Origin: a virus
Taxonomy: Duplodnaviria; Caudoviricetes
Length of the DNA stretch: 64,000 bases
Reading direction: 5' to 3' (one strand)
Virus record (IMG/VR): IMGVR_UViG_3300044898_000016
Coordinates: 9,868 to 73,867 of that record
Shown here: one piece after another, positions 35,539 through 43,989 of the stretch
Layout: each line of letters opens with the position of its first letter
How positions within the stretch are numbered: position 1 is the first letter of the stretch
Translations under genes and position numbers: made by a program
Notes under the pieces: generated by a model
The model's database searches: none
The model's input: only the letters and a program-made list of their open reading frames with translations
Told to the model about the DNA's origin: nothing

Positions 35539-37044
35539 ATGAAAAACAAACTAAACCTACTGTCATTCCTGCTTCCGCTCTTTGAGATGGAAGTTAGTGG
35601 TGGCGGGGGTGATGTAGGGTCTGCTCCAGACCCAGCGGTAATAGCCGCCGTCGACTCATCATCGGCACCCACGGAGTCTCCTTCTGCTGATAGCAACGCT
35701 GACGACGTAACCGTCGGAGGACAGCAAGCGACTGAGGTCCAAGGTGAGGTCGATCCTCTCAAGGATGTTCCTACACTTGCCGAGTTGCAAGAGCAGGTAG
35801 CCCAAAAGGTTCCCCATGCTCAAGCGCTCGCCAACCTTCGGGCCGCTTATGAGGGTGTCAAGCCGCAACTAGACGAGTACAAAGCATTTGAGCCGTGGAA
35901 AGAAGTGGTGCAAGCCATTGGCGATCCACAACAGGCCCAACTTGCTCATGAACTTGTCGGGTTGCTGCATAGTAAAGTAGTCACGAATGGCGTTGAGGAA
36001 ATCACTAGTCGGCCCTTTTTGGAACGACTGGAATCCGAGAGTCCCGGTACGGTTGACCAAATCTTTGCGGATTTGCTTACCTATCAGGTTCCCGGCGAGA
36101 ACGGCCAGATGGATACGCTGGTTCGCCAGTTGTATCGATCGCACGGCCTAAATCCTGACCGCTTGGATGACTACCGCAACATTGACACGCTCCGCGCTTC
36201 AGGGGTCGTAACGGATGCCGACCTCAGTGGAATCCCTGATAAGTTTCATGCTGCGTTCAAAGCACTATCGGCGACCCAACGCGAGGATATTCTTGCGCAA
36301 AAGTCTACCGACGGTAATTTTCCTGCTGTAACGCTGGACTACTTGCAAGACAAGGCTGAAGCCTTGGAAGCGCGTAGCTGGCGGGAGAAGGATGAGGATA
36401 CTAAGCGGCAGTCCGCCGAACAGTCTCAGGCCCAATTCAAACAGCAAGTGGCAGCGGCAACCGAGCAGGACATTGCTACTGAAGTTCATTCTATTCACGA
36501 TTCCATCCTACAAAATCTGTCGTCACAGTTTACGTTTTCAAGTGACGCGGCTGTTAATTCGCTCGAACACAGCAAGATCATGGCAACGCTCGCAACGCTA
36601 CAGAATCCGGCTTACCGATTCGTGGCAGAGGAAGCGTTGAAGGCCGTTGGGGTTACTCTCAATGGCTTTGATGAACTTACTAATCGCTGGGAAGACAGGC
36701 GCAGTGCGTACACGCAATACAAGGCATATGGAGATAACTTGCAGGCTAATCGGGCGCTCTCAGAAGCAACCGCAGCCAAGCAACAAATCCTCGCCAAGTT
36801 GAACGACTACGCGCTGAAACTTGCCAAGGCCAGCGGTGAACGAGCAGCAACAGCAGCAGACGCTGTGAACGGACAACTAGAGACGGCAACGGCGCGTTTC
36901 GTGCCGGCGGGGAGTGGGGCGGTGCAGGGCAATAACAACCCTTACGCCAACAACCCTCACCCAGTTGGTTCGCAGGAGTATTACGCTTACAACCGAAATT
37001 TGGATAAGCAGTACAAACTCACTAACGCGTCGGTCTTCAGTTAA
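35539..37044 (+). CDS. Capsid scaffolding protein
   Basis: Acidic low-complexity N-terminus, long helical body, lies between portal and major capsid. Start placed at ATG 35539 (no strong SD). Confidence 0.75.
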   Translation: MKNKLNLLSFLLPLFEMEVSGGGGDVGSAPDPAVIAAVDSSSAPTESPSADSNADDVTVGGQQATEVQGEVDPLKDVPTLAELQEQVAQKVPHAQALANLRAAYEGVKPQLDEYKAFEPWKEVVQAIGDPQQAQLAHELVGLLHSKVVTNGVEEITSRPFLERLESESPGTVDQIFADLLTYQVPGENGQMDTLVRQLYRSHGLNPDRLDDYRNIDTLRASGVVTDADLSGIPDKFHAAFKALSATQREDILAQKSTDGNFPAVTLDYLQDKAEALEARSWREKDEDTKRQSAEQSQAQFKQQVAAATEQDIATEVHSIHDSILQNLSSQFTFSSDAAVNSLEHSKIMATLATLQNPAYRFVAEEALKAVGVTLNGFDELTNRWEDRRSAYTQYKAYGDNLQANRALSEATAAKQQILAKLNDYALKLAKASGERAATAADAVNGQLETATARFVPAGSGAVQGNNNPYANNPHPVGSQEYYAYNRNLDKQYKLTNASVFS

Positions 37045-37057
37045 AAGGAGAATCGAC

Positions 37058-38335
37058 ATGGGAGCAGTAGTATTCAGTCAGATCACTGACCTAAAACGAC
37101 AGGCAGTGGAAAATGATGTTCGTATGTTCTACGAGAACAACGATCCGGGGATGCGTGCGTTTGGTAAGGCAGTAGATAAGCCGAAATTGACAGAAAAAGG
37201 TTATCGCCTACCCGATTACTCACGCCGCCCGACTGGTATGACATGGTTCACGCCAGACAACAGCGACTTCAATACCGCCAACGGCCCGCAAACGGTCAGT
37301 ATGTGGGTTTATCCCACGATGTCTGCGTGGCCGATGATTTGGACAGGTTCGGCCATTGAGTCAATGGAGAACGACACGGAAGACAACGTGCAGTCCTACG
37401 ATCAGGTGATGGTGCAATACACCGAAACCTTCCGTAAGCGGATGAATCAGTATTTCTATGGCACCGGCAATGCTGCGGTAGCGTATTCCGCGTCAACAAT
37501 CAGTTCACTAGGATCGCAAACCCTGGCAGGTACTACCACCGCCGCAACCACGCCCGGACAGACCAAGGGAACGATGTGGCTTTGGGAGCAGGAATTCTAT
37601 CAGGCGATTAACGCCTCTACAGGAGCGGTTCGCGGCACGTTCGTCGTCACCACGGCGGGCACGTCGTCCTGTACGATCAACCTGCTGTCCGGCACTATCA
37701 CGTCAGGCGATCCAATCGTCATTCAGGGTAGTTACCAGTTAGCAATGCGTGGTATTGGTTGGCTTAATAGCGACCAGAACCGCGTGTTGCAGGGGTTGGA
37801 TACGTCCGTATACACCGACCTTAATGCTCCGGTAGTTGACCTCGTCGGTGCGTTACTCACGCCGGCTGCAATCGAGAACGCTAAGGCACTGTTGCAGACC
37901 CGTAATAACGCAGTGGACGCTAAAAACAACCTGACCGCATTCCTATCATGGGGTCAATACTCCACGATTCGCAAGCAGGGCTATAACCTTGGTTACTATC
38001 TCCGCGAAGATGCTGGTAGCGACACTATGAAGGGCGTACAGGGTGATTACACCGACGGCGATACTCGATTCATCTGTGACACCGACATGGACGAGGATCG
38101 GGTGTATTTCTGCAAGACTAGCGACTACAAAATCTACGAGATGAAGCCTTACGGAAAATACAACCGTGACGGACTGAACTCTCGTATGTTGCTTGGCGCG
38201 AACCAGACGGGTTCAGATAATTGGCAGAGCGCGCTCGGCTGGAAAGGGGCACCGGCCACACTATCGGCGCGAGGCTCTGCTTTCATTAAACGCAGTCAAC
38301 TCCCATATGCAACCGCCGTCTCCGCTGGCCTGTAA
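37058..38335 (+). CDS. Major capsid protein
   Basis: AAGGAG SD, 425 aa, follows the scaffold; RKRMNQYFYGTG, MRGIGWL, DMDEDRVYF; terminator downstream. Confidence 0.85.
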   Translation: MGAVVFSQITDLKRQAVENDVRMFYENNDPGMRAFGKAVDKPKLTEKGYRLPDYSRRPTGMTWFTPDNSDFNTANGPQTVSMWVYPTMSAWPMIWTGSAIESMENDTEDNVQSYDQVMVQYTETFRKRMNQYFYGTGNAAVAYSASTISSLGSQTLAGTTTAATTPGQTKGTMWLWEQEFYQAINASTGAVRGTFVVTTAGTSSCTINLLSGTITSGDPIVIQGSYQLAMRGIGWLNSDQNRVLQGLDTSVYTDLNAPVVDLVGALLTPAAIENAKALLQTRNNAVDAKNNLTAFLSWGQYSTIRKQGYNLGYYLREDAGSDTMKGVQGDYTDGDTRFICDTDMDEDRVYFCKTSDYKIYEMKPYGKYNRDGLNSRMLLGANQTGSDNWQSALGWKGAPATLSARGSAFIKRSQLPYATAVSAGL

Positions 38336-38353
38336 TTCACTTTTGACGGTTCC

Positions 38354-38382
38354 GGGGCGTCCGCTAAAACGCCCCATCTTTT
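38354..38382 (+). terminator. Intrinsic terminator after the major capsid gene
   Basis: GGGGCGT/ACGCCCC stem followed by ATCTTTT. Confidence 0.65.
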
Positions 38383-39061
38383 AATGTTCTTTGACAACTA
38401 AACCAATTGCTTGTTCAAGGGTCCAAAGTGTGGGCCTGCTTAGTCGGTCGTAAATCTTCGCCCGACTAACTCCGGTACGCTCAGACCATTCAGCTACCGA
38501 CAACGTCTCGCTATTAATCGTCACCATGCGATTGCTTCTGGTGTTGCGATTTTGCTCCGTGCGCGTAGCCCATCGGAAGTTATCCGGATGGTAGTCACCA
38601 TTCTTGTCCGGATAGCGATCAATGGAGTGAGTTTTTGAGGGCGGTATTCCCACGTCAGCACGGAAGGACTCGAAACTATGCCACCGTTCACATACAGCTA
38701 TGCCGCGACCGCCATAGTTATGGTACGAATCACATTTAGGGTTGTAGCATCGACGATGCATTTGTCGGAAGATCGCATAAAGCCTTGTCCCTGAAAGTCC
38801 GTGGATGAAATTCTGGCGAGGCTGCTCAGCGTTATAGCATCCGCAGGACTTGATTCTACTGTTAAGCAGTTGACTTGCTCTGACAATCCAAATAATGCCG
38901 CAGTCGCACTTACAGAGCCAGAACGCGCCTGCTTTTCTTTTCATGCCAAGGAATGCTAAAGGGGTGACGCGGGTAAATTTGACGCCGATAAGGTTGTTGA
39001 CCCGGTCAGGCGAAATTGGTTTACGAAGTTGCTTGAGAATTGTAAAGTTAGTTTCAGGCAT
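38381..39061 (-). CDS. Free-standing HNH homing endonuclease (antisense)
   Basis: WLCKCDCG...KSCGC, HGLSGTRLY, YGGRGIAVCERW, SIDRYPDKNGDYHPDNFRWA. Confidence 0.9.
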   Translation of the reverse strand: MPETNFTILKQLRKPISPDRVNNLIGVKFTRVTPLAFLGMKRKAGAFWLCKCDCGIIWIVRASQLLNSRIKSCGCYNAEQPRQNFIHGLSGTRLYAIFRQMHRRCYNPKCDSYHNYGGRGIAVCERWHSFESFRADVGIPPSKTHSIDRYPDKNGDYHPDNFRWATRTEQNRNTRSNRMVTINSETLSVAEWSERTGVSRAKIYDRLSRPTLWTLEQAIGLVVKEH

Positions 39062-39097
39062 TTAACGTTTCCTTTGACGATTAGATGTTGAATGTTC

Positions 39098-39147
39098 GGG
39101 GCCGCGAAAGGTGACTCTTTCGTGGCTCCATTAAAGTGATTTTATCA
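39098..39147 (-). promoter_or_regulatory. Extended -10 promoter plus 5' leader hairpin for the HNH gene
   Basis: Minus strand TGATAAAAT, then GGAGCCACGAAAG/CTTTCGCGGCCCC hairpin, then AAAGGA SD. Confidence 0.6.
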
Positions 39148-39208
39148 CAAAAGCGCTAGAGCTGCCCGCGCTTCGCAATCGGCGGCATTGACTCTAAAGG
39201 AGAAAATC

Positions 39209-39949
39209 ATGTCACTCTGGAATACACCGAACATTGTTGGGGTTGCCGTGCAGACGGGTAACTACACGGTACTCAGCAACACGGACTCTGTGCCGTTTCT
39301 AATCACGACGGCGGCAACGGCCACGCTTCCCTCCACTTCTGGATTGTATGCGGGGCAAGTCTTGTCCAACCGCACTGGCGGGCAAGGAATTGTTTTCATT
39401 CAAAACTCCGCGTCATCTACTGCGAATGTCACTGTAGCAGCGGGAAGCGGTGATGCTATTGTTGGTAATTCAGTAGCGGCTCCGGGACAGGTTCTTAAGT
39501 TTGAAAGTAACGGATTTGGCACTTGGTACGGTTCGGTTTATGGAACGACCGTGGGTGGGGCTAGTCCACAGACGGCGGTTGTGCCGTTGACCTCCGCTGC
39601 CATTCTGGCGGGCAACTCTACGCCATTTCAGTTGATTGCCGCACCCGGAGCGGGCAAGGCAATTCGCGTAATGGACTTAGGGTTGAAATTTACCGCCGCA
39701 ACTCAGTATGCCAACGGTGGCGCGTTAGAGTTTCGTTACACTGACGCGTCTGGTACGAAAGTTACCGCTGATTTAGCTTCGGCTATTATCACGAGCGCGA
39801 GCGGCACGTCCTATACCAATGTCGAGGGTATTGAGGCGAGTCTTACGCTAACCGTTAACGCGGGAATTTTCATGGCAGTGGCCTCGGCCCCGTTTATCAC
39901 AGGAACGGGGAGTGGAACTTTTTACATTACCTATCGAGTAATCGGCTAA
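39209..39949 (+). CDS. Probable capsid decoration / auxiliary virion protein
   Basis: AAGGAG SD, Thr/Ala/Gly-rich beta protein immediately after the capsid region. Confidence 0.65.
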   Translation: MSLWNTPNIVGVAVQTGNYTVLSNTDSVPFLITTAATATLPSTSGLYAGQVLSNRTGGQGIVFIQNSASSTANVTVAAGSGDAIVGNSVAAPGQVLKFESNGFGTWYGSVYGTTVGGASPQTAVVPLTSAAILAGNSTPFQLIAAPGAGKAIRVMDLGLKFTAATQYANGGALEFRYTDASGTKVTADLASAIITSASGTSYTNVEGIEASLTLTVNAGIFMAVASAPFITGTGSGTFYITYRVIG

Positions 39950-40801
39950 ATGGACGACTCGCCATACAATGATGCGCGCCGCTGGGCCGATGCCGGCATC
40001 TACAAGCCTCCGCTATTCGATGCGAAGCAATATCAGAAGCGTATCGATCGAATAGTCGGTGTCAGTCCATCGGGTGCGTCAATCGTCCGCCTCTCGTGGG
40101 CATGGGATGCACGCAAGTACGAGAACACAAGTTGGGACGAGTACGGGGTAGCTACCGCTGGAGAATGGCGACAGAAGTACCGCGCACTGACTATTGATAT
40201 TGGTAACGATGATTACGTGGATATTGCCCCGCCACGTTGGATACTTGAAGAACGGTTTGAGCCTGAAGCCATTGCACAGAGCTGGGAGCTTACACGTTAT
40301 CGCAAGATCGTTACAGGTACACCACCATTAATATGCCCATCGTGCCACACGTTTAAGTGGATCAGTGTTGACCAGAGTGAGGGACACTTACTTGTCTGTC
40401 GTTTCTGTAGCGAGTACCACGAACTCGCTACAGTGAATCAGGATGTTTGGGGGCCGGTCCCGCGTGAAGGTTGGTACAACATGCTGCCTTATGTAGGGAT
40501 TATCGCCGATCACGCAAATGGGTGCTGCAAACGGCTATGGGACGAGTCGAGAGAGATTTGCTACGGTACATACAAGGAACCCGACGGACGAGAATTAAAA
40601 CGGTTAAAGAAGGCTGTTCAGCTTCGAAGTAAAGAGGCCGCTACCAACCCACATATTGCCCCCGAGTTGGATGAAGTGGCCTTACAACAAGCAAAAGTGT
40701 GGGGATTGCAAATGATGCGGGACAAGGAAGTCCGCAGACGAAATGAGTTAGTGGAAATACGTCACCACCACCGGCCTACAAACAATCGAGTTTACGCATA
40801 G
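39950..40801 (+). CDS. Hypothetical protein with internal zinc ribbon
   Basis: CPSC...CRFC; 283 aa. Confidence 0.7.
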   Translation: MDDSPYNDARRWADAGIYKPPLFDAKQYQKRIDRIVGVSPSGASIVRLSWAWDARKYENTSWDEYGVATAGEWRQKYRALTIDIGNDDYVDIAPPRWILEERFEPEAIAQSWELTRYRKIVTGTPPLICPSCHTFKWISVDQSEGHLLVCRFCSEYHELATVNQDVWGPVPREGWYNMLPYVGIIADHANGCCKRLWDESREICYGTYKEPDGRELKRLKKAVQLRSKEAATNPHIAPELDEVALQQAKVWGLQMMRDKEVRRRNELVEIRHHHRPTNNRVYA

Positions 40802-40810
40802 GAGAAAACA

Positions 40811-41899
40811 ATGTCCGCAATGTTAGAAGAACGAGTCAAGCCAGAGATATTTGGTGGAGTTGGATATTTCGATAAGCGCGTAGTCGGGGCGAACGTCGTC
40901 CGTTGGGTGGGATACCCACTTGACCTAATCGTCCCTGAACGCAAGGCCGAAATTTCATGGTTGCGGGCGGGCGGTGAAGAGACCCCTAATCCATGTCTAC
41001 AGCGATACGGGCGTGGGTTTGTACCGCGCGGCCTGTCATCCATCCTTGAGATGGGTGGGGAGCCAATCCCTATGCGTCACCTGGGCGACTTGCAAGCCGT
41101 AGCGTGGCAGGGTATTCCACTAAACGAAGATGCGGTCAAGAATAAGTTTGGATTTGTCCCTGTGTACCCCGGCGACGGGTTGCGGGTACTACGCCGCTAC
41201 GCCATGAACTCAGGCGGTTCGCGCAAGGGCATGGACGAGATTACAGCGCTATTGGGCAAAGAATGGGATGAGTGCCACAACGACGAAGGCACGGGAATTC
41301 TCGACGTGATCGAAACGGCGATGTTTGGTGATGGCATGGCGAAGACGTTAAGAGGGCTTGAGGAACAAATTAAGTCTGCTGTTATCACCGATTCCCGCGT
41401 TGATATTGGTAAGTATAAGGCCGAATGGTTGACCCTCTGTAATGACGCTCGCAATTGGGCGACTCGCATGGTCAGCGTGGAACATGGGCTACTGAAAACT
41501 GGACATGTTGGTGAGTGGCAAGGTGGTCACTCGTACTCGTATTCTCCTATAGTGGAGATGTTGCTTGAGCAACTTGAGATCCCCCGTCAAGATCAACCGC
41601 TACAGGAAATGTCCCGCATGGTAGCATCGATGAACAATCAGGCGCAGCCCTCGCCGGGGATGTCCGCCGCCGATATGGACATCTTTGAGCGCCGCATGGA
41701 TGAGAAACTGGCACTAGCACGGCAAGCGGATGCGGAGAAGATCGCTGAGCTTGAGGCAAAGCTGGCTGCGAATGTGGCACGTGAAACGTCAGAAGAGTTT
41801 GTATGTTCAGGGCCGGATTGTGGGTATACCGCCAAGTCCGTTGCTGGCAAGCTTGCCCATGAACGCCATTGCAAGGCGATGAATCCTACGAGCGAGTAG
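40811..41899 (+). CDS. Hypothetical protein with coiled coil and C-terminal C2H2 zinc finger
   Basis: AGGAG SD; CSGPDCGYTAKSVAGKLAHERHC. Confidence 0.7.
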   Translation: MSAMLEERVKPEIFGGVGYFDKRVVGANVVRWVGYPLDLIVPERKAEISWLRAGGEETPNPCLQRYGRGFVPRGLSSILEMGGEPIPMRHLGDLQAVAWQGIPLNEDAVKNKFGFVPVYPGDGLRVLRRYAMNSGGSRKGMDEITALLGKEWDECHNDEGTGILDVIETAMFGDGMAKTLRGLEEQIKSAVITDSRVDIGKYKAEWLTLCNDARNWATRMVSVEHGLLKTGHVGEWQGGHSYSYSPIVEMLLEQLEIPRQDQPLQEMSRMVASMNNQAQPSPGMSAADMDIFERRMDEKLALARQADAEKIAELEAKLAANVARETSEEFVCSGPDCGYTAKSVAGKLAHERHCKAMNPTSE

Positions 41900-41910
41900 A
41901 GGGGTGATGC

Positions 41911-42672
41911 GTGGCGACAGTTCAAAGCATGTGTGGGGTCGTCCGTACTTTAGCGGACGATCCCTTACCGCAAAAGCCGTCAATGCGGCGGATTCTCACC
42001 GCTGTCACGCAGGCCACGCAGAGCTTTTATTCAAAATTGGAAGAAACGGGCCAGCCTTGGAGCCTCAAGCAAGACTATATGCTTAACGTGTCGTCCAATA
42101 CGGCTGACTATTTACTCAGTCTGGACGATTCATACGGTAAGCCACTTCAAGTACTCACCTACTACCCTCAAAATCCTTCTTACGTTCAGCGTCAGGTAGA
42201 GTTCGTAGAGTTCGCGGATATGAACTTTAACTGGCCGTTTCCTGTGAACATGGCGTCATGGTTGTGGACGGACGGTTCCAACTGCACGGCTATGCGCATG
42301 GCGTTCTATAAGCAAGATGACGGTTCAAGCTGGGTGCGAGTATTACCTCAACCTCAACTAGCAGCAAGTTATTTAATCAGCTACTCAAGTGGCGACTGGG
42401 CTAGTCAGATGGCACTGGAAAATTCGCCAGTGCTCACTCAGTTTCACCCGTTGGTAGAAACATGGGCCACGCAATCAGTATTGCCATCGTGCCAATGGTT
42501 AGCCGACCAGAAGTACAACATGGCGCATCGAGATGAAATTGCGCGAGCGTTGGAAAATGACCGTGTGCGACTAGAAGATGACTTTGACCGCTATCGACGC
42601 TACATGGTGGATGATCACATGGGGATTCGTCGCTCATGTTTTGACGGCGAAGACGTTGGAACGTGGATGTAA
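41911..42672 (+). CDS. Head-tail adaptor-like protein 1
   Basis: MATVQSMCGVVRTL N-terminal helix, beta insert, C-terminal PVLTQFHPLVETWA helix; adaptor position. Confidence 0.55.
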   Translation: MATVQSMCGVVRTLADDPLPQKPSMRRILTAVTQATQSFYSKLEETGQPWSLKQDYMLNVSSNTADYLLSLDDSYGKPLQVLTYYPQNPSYVQRQVEFVEFADMNFNWPFPVNMASWLWTDGSNCTAMRMAFYKQDDGSSWVRVLPQPQLAASYLISYSSGDWASQMALENSPVLTQFHPLVETWATQSVLPSCQWLADQKYNMAHRDEIARALENDRVRLEDDFDRYRRYMVDDHMGIRRSCFDGEDVGTWM

Positions 42673-43404
42673 ATGTCACTGGCCCTTCACACGATACTGC
42701 GCGAGGCCGCACTGAGAGTAAACGCCTTAGTTGGCGCAATAGCGCCGGCGCTGGAAGTCACCTATGCGGCGCTTCCTCTTACTAGCACAGTCTTTCAATC
42801 ATCCATTTTTCCCTTTACTGCGTTTTTAGATCAAGAGACGGCTAGTGTCGCTCGATTCGCAAACGCAATAAGTGAAACGGGCAATCATCCTTGGCGGTCA
42901 TTTGTTGGATTCACCGTCACCAACACGTTAGCCAGTGGTGATTCAATGCCTTCAGTCGGCAGTAACGGCGATCCGATTGTTGGCATCTACGGTTCGGTAT
43001 TAGACAGTGATGATCAGACAATTGTCTGCACTGAATATCCTGAACAGGTAATACGTAGACGATTGCAAAATCCCTCCATCTGGTCGATTCCTGTTTACGG
43101 GTTCAAGATGTCAGGGGACGGAATTACCCACACGCGGCCTAATGGTGTTGTGGTGCAGGTTTGTACGTTTAACTGGACCAAGGTAGCTGCGCTTGTGGCT
43201 GCTAATGGTAGCCTGCCATTACCCGACTCGCTGGCAAATGCGATTGTTTACGACATGGTGGGAGCGCTGGTGCGCGACGATGAGTTCATGGCGCAAGCGC
43301 GGGTATATCGAGCGTATGCGGACAATGTAGAACAGTCCATTCGACAGGGGTTAACCAGCGTGACGGAGCAAGCCATTGCTGGCCCGACGCTCACTCCAAG
43401 TTAA
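42673..43404 (+). CDS. Head-tail adaptor-like protein 2
   Basis: ALHTILREAALRVN N-terminal helix; LPLPDSLANAIVYDMVGAL C-terminal helix. Confidence 0.55.
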   Translation: MSLALHTILREAALRVNALVGAIAPALEVTYAALPLTSTVFQSSIFPFTAFLDQETASVARFANAISETGNHPWRSFVGFTVTNTLASGDSMPSVGSNGDPIVGIYGSVLDSDDQTIVCTEYPEQVIRRRLQNPSIWSIPVYGFKMSGDGITHTRPNGVVVQVCTFNWTKVAALVAANGSLPLPDSLANAIVYDMVGALVRDDEFMAQARVYRAYADNVEQSIRQGLTSVTEQAIAGPTLTPS

Positions 43405-43407
43405 GTC

Positions 43408-43989
43408 ATGGCAACTTATCAGACGCTGATCGATCTCGCATTGCAGCAAGCCCTTGCTGGTGGAGATCAGTTGCGCTCAGCTCTGCTCGACGCTGACATG
43501 ACGATGGAATCACTTGTCCAGCAAGTGTTTCAACAAGTGGCACTCAGATACGCAGGTGGTGACTCGGATTCTCAATCATTACTACGTGCTACGCATACAG
43601 TCGCGCTGACTAATGGCGTGGGTACGTTGCCTGACGAGGCGCTGACCTCGTGTATCTGGGGATCGTCAGTAGACGTGGACGGTGAGCCACTAATCGGCCC
43701 CGCAATGTCGTATATCCCGTGGATAAGCTTTACGCAGCCAAGTGATAATTTATTAGGTTACTATTCTGTCCGTGGTAACACTGAATTCTATTGGATTGAT
43801 CCTAACGAAACCTACACGCCGGGAGCGGGACGCACAGGTAATGTGGAGGTAACGATTGCTTCAGTGCCTTTAGTGCCCGCGAGCGCGAGCGATCCAGTGG
43901 ATGTTCCCAGTGAATGCTTCTCTGATTTAGTGACCGCGTTGGCCGTGGCGATTAGTAGCGTGATAGCTCGACAACAGAAAGCGGCGTAA
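43408..43989 (+). CDS. Head-tail adaptor-like protein 3
   Basis: MATYQTLIDLALQQ N-terminal helix; VDVPSECFSDLVTALAVAI C-terminal helix. Confidence 0.55.
   Translation: MATYQTLIDLALQQALAGGDQLRSALLDADMTMESLVQQVFQQVALRYAGGDSDSQSLLRATHTVALTNGVGTLPDEALTSCIWGSSVDVDGEPLIGPAMSYIPWISFTQPSDNLLGYYSVRGNTEFYWIDPNETYTPGAGRTGNVEVTIASVPLVPASASDPVDVPSECFSDLVTALAVAISSVIARQQKAA

Noticed and set aside
38391-38404. TTGACAACTAAACC as another copy of the late element
   Set aside because: It lies inside the HNH coding end and has no GAATA hairpin or GGGCCG stem after it.
39139-39197. Possible relic of the major-capsid C-terminus (FITKALELP vs FIKRSQLP) after the HNH
   Set aside because: Too short, needs a gap, and overlaps the HNH promoter; not counted as a fourth end-replacement case.
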